A DNA stretch of 64,000 bases from an uncultured Verrucomicrobiae bacterium (GTDB taxonomy: Bacteria; Verrucomicrobiota; Verrucomicrobiia; Palsa-1439), in the NCBI GenBank assembly GCA_963812605.1, contig CAWEWF010000004.1:128001-192000 (forward strand), read 5' to 3'. The position numbers and the translations under genes are program-made. The notes under the pieces are model-generated. The model saw only the letters and a program-made list of their open reading frames with translations. It had not been told where the DNA came from and searched no databases. Each line of letters opens with the position of its first letter. The stretch's first letter is position 1. Shown here piece by piece: positions 49,349-58,502 of the stretch.

Positions 49349-51976
49349 CTATCGCCATTCATGCCTTGGATATTTCCGCTGCAATTCCAATTTGAGTTTC
49401 GGATACGTCTCGCGCCAGAAGGTCGCGAGATTCTCGGTCACCTGCACGGGGCGCTGGTTCGGCGCCAGCACTTGAATACGCACGGGCACACGGTGTTGTG
49501 CAATCCACAGACCTTGCTTCACGCCGTACAAATCCTGAATGCGGGCCGCCACGGTCGGCGGCCCCTCGACCGAATAGACAACCTTCGCTCGTTTCCCGCC
49601 CGGCAACTCGATTCGTTCGGGGGCATATTCTTCGACCCACGCCTGCTGCTGACCCGAGAGCCACGATTTCATTACCGGCCAGACGGGCTTGTCCTTGATC
49701 TCCTTGTAACTCCTCGCGCCGTGGCAGATTTGTTCGATCAACGCCTGCCGGTCGTCGCCGCCAATTGCGGGAATGGCGAGTTCGGGAATCCATTCGCGCA
49801 GCCGATTCACGCGCACGATCCATTGTTCGACAGCCTCATCCCAATTCTTCAACACGCAGCGGCCCGCCAGCACTTCGGCGGCGAGAATCCGCGCGGCGGC
49901 GTCCAACGGGACATCCTCCGACCGCCCCGCCTCCAGCACCAGGTCCCGAAATTGTTTCCGTCGCTCCCCAAACACGCGCCGCTGTGTCGTGTCATAAACC
50001 ACCGCCAGCGTCTCGGTGAAATCGCCCGGGAAAAGTTCCCGCAACCACTCTTCCTTGATCGCCGTCGTCAGGCTTAGCAGGACGTTCAGTTCCCGGTCCT
50101 TGCCCGTGCCGCTCTGGATCTCGTGAATTTCGGTCGCCACCAGCAAGGGTGCGCTTTGCACAACGCTCTCCCGCGCCAGGACGCCGCGTCGCTCATGCAC
50201 GAGTTGGCAGCGCAAGGTTCCTTCGTCCAGCCGGCGGGCCACGTGATCCGAAAATCCAAGCAACACACAGCGCTGGATCGCGTCGGGTGCCGCGCGCTTC
50301 TCGCTCACATCCAACCCTTCACGCTTCGCGATGTCGAGGAACTGCTCGAACAGTGGCCCGACCTGCCGCGCCGCTTGGGCGTGGACGCCGACCTGACGGC
50401 AGCGATCGAGATTGTACCCATTGCGGTCCGCGTACCGCCACGCGCGCATGAGCACGAAGAAATCCGATTGCGTCTCACCGCCAAATAAATCGTCGCGCGC
50501 TTCTTCCACCTGTTTTCCCTGCCGGCGCACCATCAAATCGCGTCCTTGCGTGAGCGCGGCGATGAGGGCCACCTGCCGCACGCAGCCGTATTCCTGCGCC
50601 GCCAGCAGCATCCGCGAATAGCGCGGGTGCAACGGGAAGGCGAGCATCCGTTTCCCCAGATCCGAAATCCGCGTCTGCTTGTAGGGCAACGGGCCCCGTT
50701 GCCGTCGTTCCGTTTCGGCAAGCGGGCCGCTTGCCCCATAAATCGACTGAATCGCCCCGAGATCGAGCAGGAGCATTTCCGCCCGCTCCAACGACTGACG
50801 GCTCGGCGGTTCGAGCCAGCGAAACGCGTACACGTCATCCACCCCGCTGGCTTTCAGCGTCAACACTACTTCCGCGAGATCGAGACGTTTCACCTCGGCC
50901 GCTTCCTGCAGGGGCCGCTGCTCGTGTTCGTGCTTCGTCCACAACCGCAAACAAACGCCCGGCGCCGTGCGGCCCGCGCGACCCGCGCGCTGGTCCGCCG
51001 AGGCGCGACTGATCTTCTCGACGAGCAATGTATTGATGCCGCGGTACGGATCGTAACGCGGAATGCGCGCCAGGCCGCTGTCGATCACGATGCGCACACC
51101 GTCGATCGTCAACGAAGTTTCCGCGACGTTCGTCGAGACGACGATCTTGCGCCGGTCGTATTGCGCCACGGCCGCATCCTGGTCATTGGTCGCCAGATCG
51201 CCATGCAGCGGAAGGACGATGAACTGGCTGCCAAGCGCGTCTTGTGCCCCGCGCACTGTCCGGCTGATTTCGTACGCACCGGGCATGAACACCAGCGCAT
51301 CGCCTTCGTGTTGCGTGACGAGTTGCTCCAATTCCTTGACGGCGGCTTCCCACACCGGCCAATCGCCCACGGGTTTGTCGAGGTATTCAACGTCCACAGG
51401 AAACGTGCGGCCTTCGGATGACAGCAGCTCGCAAGGTTTCAGGTATTCGCGCAGCGGCCCGACATCGAGCGTGGCCGACATGACAATAATGATCAGATCG
51501 GGACGCGTCGTTTCCTGGATCTGCAGCGCGCGCGCCAGGGTGATGTCGCCGTAAAGATGACGCTCATGAAACTCGTCGAAAATGACCGCGCTGATCCCGA
51601 GCAGGTTTTTGTCAGAAAGCATCTGCCGCAACAGAATGCCTTCCGTGACGTAACGAATCCGCGTCGCGGGTGAAGTGACATCGTCGAGCCGAATCTGGTA
51701 GCCGACCTCCTCGCCCAGCTTCACCCCGCGATTTTTCGCCACCCACGCCGCCAACATCCTAGCTGGCAACCGCCGCGGCTGGAGAATGACTACCTGGCCG
51801 CCGCTGGAGGGCGAGGCTCCCGCCGAGCCGAGCACTCCGCCATCCAGCAACATCTGCGGCACCTGCGTCGATTTGCCCGACCCTGTCGGGGCCGTCAGGA
51901 TCAACCGTCGCTGCTTCGCCAAAGCCGACAGCAAAGACTCCCGTATTTCCAGAATTGGCAGGCTGCTCACACTCAT
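49349..51976 (-). CDS. hrpB: ATP-dependent RNA helicase HrpB
   Basis: APTGSGKST, DEFHER, MSAT, TNVAETSLTI, QRAGRAGR, C-terminal LAPNQRPVQVT..YPRHEW. Confidence 0.95.
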   Translation of the reverse strand: MSVSSLPILEIRESLLSALAKQRRLILTAPTGSGKSTQVPQMLLDGGVLGSAGASPSSGGQVVILQPRRLPARMLAAWVAKNRGVKLGEEVGYQIRLDDVTSPATRIRYVTEGILLRQMLSDKNLLGISAVIFDEFHERHLYGDITLARALQIQETTRPDLIIIVMSATLDVGPLREYLKPCELLSSEGRTFPVDVEYLDKPVGDWPVWEAAVKELEQLVTQHEGDALVFMPGAYEISRTVRGAQDALGSQFIVLPLHGDLATNDQDAAVAQYDRRKIVVSTNVAETSLTIDGVRIVIDSGLARIPRYDPYRGINTLLVEKISRASADQRAGRAGRTAPGVCLRLWTKHEHEQRPLQEAAEVKRLDLAEVVLTLKASGVDDVYAFRWLEPPSRQSLERAEMLLLDLGAIQSIYGASGPLAETERRQRGPLPYKQTRISDLGKRMLAFPLHPRYSRMLLAAQEYGCVRQVALIAALTQGRDLMVRRQGKQVEEARDDLFGGETQSDFFVLMRAWRYADRNGYNLDRCRQVGVHAQAARQVGPLFEQFLDIAKREGLDVSEKRAAPDAIQRCVLLGFSDHVARRLDEGTLRCQLVHERRGVLARESVVQSAPLLVATEIHEIQSGTGKDRELNVLLSLTTAIKEEWLRELFPGDFTETLAVVYDTTQRRVFGERRKQFRDLVLEAGRSEDVPLDAAARILAAEVLAGRCVLKNWDEAVEQWIVRVNRLREWIPELAIPAIGGDDRQALIEQICHGARSYKEIKDKPVWPVMKSWLSGQQQAWVEEYAPERIELPGGKRAKVVYSVEGPPTVAARIQDLYGVKQGLWIAQHRVPVRIQVLAPNQRPVQVTENLATFWRETYPKLKLELQRKYPRHEWR

Positions 51977-52076
51977 TGTTTGCAAGACTTTATCATAGCC
52001 ACGAGACGTGTCCCAACCTCGAGTAAGTTCAAACCCGGCACCCCAAAACGAGATGCCACAATACGATTTTCGCGCC

Positions 52077-52250
52077 AAACGAACCCGATTTCAAAAATTC
52101 GATTTTTCATCCTAACCAGCTATAGCTCTGATAGTTCCGCTCATAATTTCACGTCAACAAATCGGGTTCGTTTCGCAGAAACACATGTTTTTCGCACTCC
52201 TCTCTCTCCAGGAAACAACACCTTCCTCGTCCGTCGTAGCTTCCGCGAAG
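52077..52250. repeat. Copy of the AAACGAACCCGA...TCGGGTTCGTTT element plus REP-like hairpin
   Basis: Same IR arms, spacing and downstream CGCAGAAA as 2946-3050. Confidence 0.75.
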
Positions 52251-52359
52251 ACGGGTGCCCTCTCTTGTCAAAGAACCGCGCTGACTATACCCGCTCCTCA
52301 CCACCTTGTCTAGCAAGATTATCGTTTTACGATACACGAACTGATCGCACCACTAGAAT

Positions 52360-52425
52360 TTGACAAATGGGTGGTTGATGCGCTATTGTACAGAGTCATA
52401 TAAACGATGAACGGTCGATATATGA
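52360..52425 (+). promoter_or_regulatory. TA promoter and possible operator
   Basis: TTGACA-18 nt-TATTGT; inverted repeat TCATATA/TATATGA overlapping the start codon. Confidence 0.5.
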
Positions 52426-52751
52426 GATTTGTGGAGACTTTGGTCTTCACCAAACGGTTGCTGCAACTCACAGATGATGACACTTATCGAAGATTTCAGG
52501 CCGAACTGGCTGCGAACCCGGAAAAGGGGAAACTTATTCAGGGCACCGGAGGGCTGCGCAAGGCGCGCATGGCCGCCAGAGGCAAGGGTAGGCGAGGTGG
52601 CGCCCGGGTCATCTACTTGCATTTGGAAACGGCAATGGTGATTTATTTGGTGTACGTGTACGACAAAGACGAAGCTGACGATTTATCGGCAGCGCAGAAA
52701 AGGGAACTCAAGACCATCGCCGAAGCGATCAAAGAGGAATACAGAAAATGA
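52422..52751 (+). CDS. RelE/HigB-family toxin
   Basis: FVET..F, NPEKG.LIQGTGGLRKAR, GKGRRGGARVIY, YDKDEADDLS. Confidence 0.92.
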   Translation: MRFVETLVFTKRLLQLTDDDTYRRFQAELAANPEKGKLIQGTGGLRKARMAARGKGRRGGARVIYLHLETAMVIYLVYVYDKDEADDLSAAQKRELKTIAEAIKEEYRK

Positions 52752-53095
52752 AAACTAAGGATTTCGCAAACCTGAAGTCAGGACTGGTCGAGGCGCTCGA
52801 ACACGCGCGCGGTAAAATCACGCTCAAGACAAGCGATATGCCCTTGCCGCCGAAGGTGGAGAATATTCGACCGAAAGAGATCGCGCGTCTGCGTCGTGAC
52901 CTCAATGCCAGTCAGGGTGTCTTCGCTCGCTGGCTCAATGTGTCCCGCGACACCGCGATCAGTTGGGAAAGCGGCCGAAGAAAACCGTCCGGTGCCGCAT
53001 TGCGCCTCCTGCAAATCGTCCGCGAGTCCCCGGAAGTCCTTCCACGCCTGTCGTCGCGCACTACTTCAAAGTCAAAGCGGCGTATCGCGGCGTGA
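52748..53095 (+). CDS. HigA-type Xre HTH antitoxin
   Basis: SQGVFARWLNVS..WESGRRKPSGAALRLL; ATGA coupling to the toxin. Confidence 0.92.
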   Translation: MKTKDFANLKSGLVEALEHARGKITLKTSDMPLPPKVENIRPKEIARLRRDLNASQGVFARWLNVSRDTAISWESGRRKPSGAALRLLQIVRESPEVLPRLSSRTTSKSKRRIAA

Positions 53096-53169
53096 AACGC
53101 AGTTGGTCGCGATGCGCGCAAGCGGAGAACGGTGACCAGCATGACTATGCAAGGCTTTTCTGGTAGAGG

Positions 53170-53601
53170 ATGGAAAGACAGTTTCGCATGAGCAGCGATG
53201 TTCTACTGCGCTGGATCGACATTGCGCTCCTAGCACTCCTGGTTGTCGCATACGTTTTATCGCTCTGTCTGTCGGGCTGGGTTGCTACTCGAAAACTCCC
53301 TTGGACGGAACGTGTTTTTCCACTGGTATTGCAGCTTGTTTATCTTGTGCTTGCCGCGTTCCCTAGGATGACCCACGGCTTTCCTAGCGAGTTATTCATA
53401 CCGATGATTGTGGTTCTTGTGTTGGCGATTTTTGCACTGGTCAGTGGGTACAGGTTGTACCGACTGCGGCTACCGATCCCGAGAATACTGGCTTTCTCGC
53501 AGTCTGCCTTTGCTCTTGGTGTCTCGGTTATGTCTTTCTTCGCGTACCTCGACAGCTGTTACCTTTACTACGGTAAACTTGTGTGGTTTCCGAAGCTATG
53601 A
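53170..53601 (+). CDS. Four-TM hypothetical membrane protein
   Basis: Four hydrophobic segments, low GC. Confidence 0.6.
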   Translation: MERQFRMSSDVLLRWIDIALLALLVVAYVLSLCLSGWVATRKLPWTERVFPLVLQLVYLVLAAFPRMTHGFPSELFIPMIVVLVLAIFALVSGYRLYRLRLPIPRILAFSQSAFALGVSVMSFFAYLDSCYLYYGKLVWFPKL

Positions 53602-53641
53602 GCGGGTTCACAGGGAGAAAGCGCTTATACTGCGCCTGACG

Positions 53642-53971
53642 ATGACGGAGCGATTCCACCACAATGTCTACGTCATCCTGCTCGATAGCGCCGTGTCGAA
53701 GGAGCGCAAGGTCAGGGCACTGAATCCGAAACGTGATTCGAAGAAGCCGTGCGTGTATGTCGGGATGACGGGGATTCCGCCGATCGAACGGTTTCAGAAC
53801 CACAAGGACGGCTACAAGGCGTCGTACTACGCTTGTAAATACGGCGTGCGATTGTTGCCGGAATTGTACGAATACCTCAACCCGATGCCGTACGAGGCGG
53901 CGTGCCAGATGGAGAAGGATTTGGCCGAGGACTTACGGGAGCAGGGTTACACCGTGTGCGGCGGGACCTAG
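53642..53971 (+). CDS. Small GIY-YIG-superfamily nuclease
   Basis: NVYVI...VYVGMT...ERF.NH..G and A..MEK.LA motifs. Confidence 0.75.
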   Translation: MTERFHHNVYVILLDSAVSKERKVRALNPKRDSKKPCVYVGMTGIPPIERFQNHKDGYKASYYACKYGVRLLPELYEYLNPMPYEAACQMEKDLAEDLREQGYTVCGGT

Positions 53972-54159
53972 TGTGGTGTCACAGAAATGACTTTACGGTT
54001 TTCCGACTGTCCCCCTCACCTTAATCCTCTCCCCCGGAGGGGAGAGGAAATCCGCCAAGCGTACCTCAACAAACGCCTCCTCTCCCCTTGGGGGAGAGGC
54101 TGGGTGAGGGGTGTGTTCTCTTGTCTCATTGTAAAGGTCTGTTAGGGAAACCAGACTGG
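53968..54159. repeat. MITE-like unit with a CCCTCACC..CCTCTCCC REP doublet
   Basis: Long inverted repeat 54010-54111 inside degenerate terminal IRs (TAGTGTGGTGTC..CTTTAC / GTAAAG..GAAACCAGACTG). Confidence 0.6.
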
Positions 54160-54187
54160 CGCGCCAGCAATTACAGGCGAAGCAGGG

Positions 54188-54661
54188 CTAGAACCCCAGG
54201 TTTCCAGTGTCTTTGGGCTTCAGGCTGAAGAGGTAATTGACCAGGAGCGTCATGTCGTTCGTATCGATGATTCCCTTATAGGATGGCATATGCAGTGGCG
54301 GGGTCGGGCCGTTGGGGTCCAGCTTCGGTTCAACGGGCACTCCGTCCCAAATCTTCTTGGCCAGGTCTTCCTTGGTATAGCTTTCAGCAACATGGATCAA
54401 TGGCGGGACTTTTTGCGCAGTTTGCGCATTGAAATTGTCCGTGGATTGATTGCCGCCGACGCCATGACAGGCGGTGCAACTGAATTTCCGGAAGATCTCC
54501 GCGCCCTTATCCAAATCCGGCTTCAACTTGGCAGTTTCCGCCGCCACTTCCGCCACCGCCTTGTGTCGTCGGTTCGCGTCCACATAACCGACGGTTACCA
54601 GAGAACCGCACATCGCCAGGCCCAGGAAACCCACGAAAAATTTTTGTGATGTATTCGTCAT
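54188..54661 (-). CDS. Membrane-anchored monoheme cytochrome c
   Basis: N-terminal TM, CTACH, distal HMP. Confidence 0.88.
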   Translation of the reverse strand: MTNTSQKFFVGFLGLAMCGSLVTVGYVDANRRHKAVAEVAAETAKLKPDLDKGAEIFRKFSCTACHGVGGNQSTDNFNAQTAQKVPPLIHVAESYTKEDLAKKIWDGVPVEPKLDPNGPTPPLHMPSYKGIIDTNDMTLLVNYLFSLKPKDTGNLGF

Positions 54662-54674
54662 GATGGTTCCTCTC

Positions 54675-55709
54675 TCAACCAGCGATGGCCTCCCACAGCA
54701 GCAAGCCAAGGGTGATGAGAAACGCCGTTGTCCCCACGATGCGTCCGAGATGCCGTTTCGGCGCGATCTTCTCAAGGCCCTCGTCGATGAACGGCCAGAA
54801 AAACATCCCGAGGACGAACAACACGACCCCGCCCAGTCCGACCATCTCCGGCACCAACTCCAGCCACCGAAATACCGGCCAGAAGTACCATTCGGGTCGG
54901 ATGACTGCCGGGGTCACCAAGGGATTGGCCGGTGGACCCATCGTGGGCGGGAAAAAAATCGCGTAGTTGACCAGGACGATCAACGCCAGCAACCCCACGA
55001 CCAGCTCCCGCAGGAAGTGATCGGGGAAAAAGGCGTAGGTCTCCGTGCGCGGATCATTTTCCAGACGCGCCACCCCGTGCATGCGGACCAACACAATGTG
55101 ACCCGCAATCAACAGCGTGATAATTGTCGGCAGGATCCCGATATGAATATCGTAGAAACGCGACATCGTGTTGGGATTCACTTCGGGTCCTCCTCGTAAC
55201 AGATACAACATCGGTTTACCGAGCAGGGGCATTGTCCCGACCATGTTCGTGCCCACGATCGTGGCCCAGTACGAAAGCTGGTCATTAACCAGCGAATACC
55301 CCGTGAAAGCGAATCCCATGACAGTCATAAACAGCGCCACGCCCAACATCCAGTTTATTTCCCTGGGTTTGCGGTAAGCCCTCGTACCAAACACCCGGAT
55401 CATGTGCAACAGCATCGTAATGATCATCAACTGCGCCGCCCCGCGATGAATCCCGCGAACGAACCATCCAAACCGCACGTGAAAGGTGATGTTCTGGATG
55501 CTCTCATAGGCGTGCGAAGGATCGGGCACATAATAAAACGTCAGCAAAATCCCGGTCATAGCGAGGATACAGAACATCAGCAGCGGCGTACCACCCAGGC
55601 AGGCCAGCCATGTCTTGAGATGAACCGGTAACTCCTCGCGCAACGGCTTGCGCAGTGTCTCCGGATCCACCGGCACCCGTTCGTGCAGCCATTCCAGGAA
55701 GCGGCTCAT
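54675..55709 (-). CDS. Cytochrome b (b6-like, fused with subunit IV)
   Basis: Four heme His, ACLGG Cys, GYSL..DQ.SYWA, PEWY. Confidence 0.93.
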   Translation of the reverse strand: MSRFLEWLHERVPVDPETLRKPLREELPVHLKTWLACLGGTPLLMFCILAMTGILLTFYYVPDPSHAYESIQNITFHVRFGWFVRGIHRGAAQLMIITMLLHMIRVFGTRAYRKPREINWMLGVALFMTVMGFAFTGYSLVNDQLSYWATIVGTNMVGTMPLLGKPMLYLLRGGPEVNPNTMSRFYDIHIGILPTIITLLIAGHIVLVRMHGVARLENDPRTETYAFFPDHFLRELVVGLLALIVLVNYAIFFPPTMGPPANPLVTPAVIRPEWYFWPVFRWLELVPEMVGLGGVVLFVLGMFFWPFIDEGLEKIAPKRHLGRIVGTTAFLITLGLLLWEAIAG

Positions 55710-56176
55710 GTCTGCACCTTCTGGGCGGGGATCATCACATACACGTCATCGCCACGCGCCTTGACCGCCAGGTTCGTCAAGGGACGCGGTGGCGGACCGG
55801 AAATATTACTCCCATCGGCGCCATAGATGCCGCGATGACAGGGACAGACGAATTGGTTCAACTCCGGATGCCATTTAACGATGCAGCCCATGTGCGTGCA
55901 AATGGCTGAGAATGCGCGCATCTGCCCGCCCACGTTCTCGATCATGACCGCCCCTTCCGCCAGTTGCGCGAAATGAACGGCCCCCAGGGGGATATCGGTG
56001 GTTTTCGCCGCCAACACCTCCACCATCTTCACCGGCTCCACCACCGGGTAGAGGTACTCAAAGAACCGCACGAACAAACTTCCCAGTCCGAGCGTGATCC
56101 CGGTTCCCATAACGAGGTTGGCGAGAAACTCCCGACGACTTCGCACTTCCGGCGAAGGCTGAACGTGCTCTTCCAT
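55706..56176 (-). CDS. Rieske 2Fe-2S protein
   Basis: Tat motif SRREFL, CTHMGC, CPCH, GPPPRPL. Confidence 0.94.
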   Translation of the reverse strand: MEEHVQPSPEVRSRREFLANLVMGTGITLGLGSLFVRFFEYLYPVVEPVKMVEVLAAKTTDIPLGAVHFAQLAEGAVMIENVGGQMRAFSAICTHMGCIVKWHPELNQFVCPCHRGIYGADGSNISGPPPRPLTNLAVKARGDDVYVMIPAQKVQT

Positions 56177-56194
56177 GAATGTGGCTGGATGGGA

Positions 56195-56672
56195 CTACGG
56201 CTTGATCTTGTCCGTGACTTCCTTGAGTTTCTTTTCCTCTGCCGCGCGTTCGTCGGCCGACAAAGTCTTCAGCTTCGCGTCCAAGTCCGTCTTTTTGCGG
56301 ACACTGGAGTCATAGACGAGGAATTCGTAGATCTGCTTGGCCTCCGTTCCGTTGATGCCCGAGCCGGGTTTGTACATCATCCGCTTGATATAGCGTCCCC
56401 ATTCACCTGGCAGGACGTAGTCGGAATTGACCGGCCGGCTGAGCTTGTGGCACTGCGCGCATTTCTGGGAGAACGGACCGTAGTCGTCCTGGATTTGCTG
56501 CGGGTACTTGGAGACATCGATGGTGGCCGGCCCGGCCTCGGCCTTCGCAATGCGCGCTTTTGTCGCCTCATCAAGTTCATCCCCACGGGCCCGATCCACG
56601 AACCGCCCCAGTCAGGGCGACCGTGACGACACACAGGAAACCGGCGAAGAGTTTGGTGTTCATGGGAATCAT
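56195..56672 (-). CDS. Periplasmic monoheme cytochrome c (frameshift near 56595)
   Basis: Signal peptide MNTKLFAGFLCVV.. in one frame; CAQCH, W..YIKRMM in the next. Confidence 0.82.
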
Positions 56673-56688
56673 TGACAGTTCCTTTCTC

Positions 56689-58036
56689 TTAGAACCCGTA
56701 GGAGAGTTGGAGGATGAGGTTGTTATTCGCTTGCGAAGGATCGTTGCTATTGATCCACTCGTAGTCGCCTTCAAACCACAAGGTGTTGGTAATGTAGTAG
56801 ACGTAGCCTGCCGTATACCGCTCCGTCCGTGTGCCGAGGCCGTCGTTCTTCGTGTCATAACGGCCCACCAGCTCGAGGCTATTGATCATCGGGAAATCGA
56901 GTTGCAGCCCGGCCAGCTTGTAACCAGCCTGCACCCACCAGCCGCGTGGCGCAAACGTCCCGCGGTCGGTGCTCTCGACCCAGGTATTGACGTACTCGCC
57001 CTTGACTTCGACATTCGGGGTGAGGTGCAAGTGCGCCGTCGAACACAAACGCCGACCACAGTTTGTTATCCATGTCGTTCCACGTGCCGCTCTGGCCGGA
57101 GACGCCGAGTTCCACGTCCGAATGGGCCTTCCACGGGAAGAACCAGCCGACACGACCGCCCGCGCTGGGTGAGCCGTGCAGATTCATGGTATTACCACCC
57201 GCTGTAAGGCCAACGTTGCCACCGAGATCGAGCTCGCCGGAATCGGCCGTGCCGTCGGAAGAACTGGGACCATTCACGCCGTACACTGCGTACGTAACCG
57301 CCTGTCCTGAATCACCAATCGGCATCGCTCCCCGCAATTGCAGGCCGACTCCGGCTCCCGGCAATACATCGCGCGGGAGCGGACTGTCCGGTATTTTGTT
57401 GAGCCAACCGGCGGAGCGCTCGGAATAGGTGCCCAAAGGGAGCAGCATGTCACCGGCCACCACCGTCACGTAGTCGTTGAACAGATAGTCCAGGGTGCCG
57501 AAGCTAAGACTTACCGAATTTCCCGAGCCGCTGTCATGGGTACCGGCCGGGTTGCTGCCATTTTGCAGAATGACATCGAAGCCCGCCTCAAACAGCACTT
57601 TGTCCGTCGCGCGGAAGAGGAAGATTGGCGCGAAATCGGCCAGAGCGAAGGTGCTGTGCTGGCCCTCGGTCTTGGCAAATTGAAACTCGGCGTCACCGAC
57701 GACCATGAAGTTCTGTAGCGCATCCGGCCCGGTCACCGCCGCCGTTTTGGCGCTGGCCTCGGCGGACGCAGCGGTCTGCTTGGCTTCTTCGGCTTTCTTC
57801 TGTGCCTCCTCGGCCTTTTGTTGCGTCTCGGTCGTGGTCTTCTGTGTAACACCCTGTTGTTCCTTCAGTTGCTTGATTTCCTCCTGATCTTCCTGATGCG
57901 CTTTCTGCAAATCCTGAATCTGTTGGGACTGTAGCTGCATTTGCTGTTGCATCTTCTGGAAGTCCTCGTCGCTCACTGCCAGAGCGGACGCGCCGCCGAT
58001 GGTCAAGGCAGTCAAAATTAGGAAATAAGTTTTCAT
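56689..58036 (-). CDS. Outer-membrane beta-barrel/porin with N-terminal coiled coil (frameshift near 57030)
   Basis: Signal peptide, Q/E/K coiled coil, alternating beta strands, C-terminal LQLSYGF. Confidence 0.85.
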
Positions 58037-58055
58037 CGGTTTGATCCTTCCAGGA

Positions 58056-58364
58056 CTACTTACCGGCGTCTTCCTGAAGGTATTTGAGAATGTCTTTCGC
58101 CTGCGCCGCTGGTATCTGTGCGCGGGTGCGCATGTGAAGCATGATTGTCTTCCACTGCGCCGCCGTCCGCTCCGTTGCGTAACGTTCCGTATGGCAGCGG
58201 GCACAATTCATTGCGTACAACTCCTGACCCGTGAGTTTCTTCTTCACCGGTTTGGTATCGCTGTCATTGGCGAAGGCGACGATGGCGGATGTGCTGACGA
58301 CGACCACCGCTGCGAAGACAGCAACGGCACCCGGACGCAGATATAGAGAGTGGAATCGGTTCAT
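58056..58364 (-). CDS. Small periplasmic monoheme cytochrome c
   Basis: Signal peptide, GQELYAMNCARCH, HMR. Confidence 0.88.
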   Translation of the reverse strand: MNRFHSLYLRPGAVAVFAAVVVVSTSAIVAFANDSDTKPVKKKLTGQELYAMNCARCHTERYATERTAAQWKTIMLHMRTRAQIPAAQAKDILKYLQEDAGK

Positions 58365-58502
58365 AGTCCCCCTAAAACTGAAGTTATATCGACACCTGTC
58401 AGTTTGTCTCGGAGACAGCCCAGGCGCTACTTGTCGCTTGGCATTCTCTTATCGCGGATTGCGGTGGGCTGGGAAGATGCGACGGAGCAAGGGCCGGCAG
58501 TC

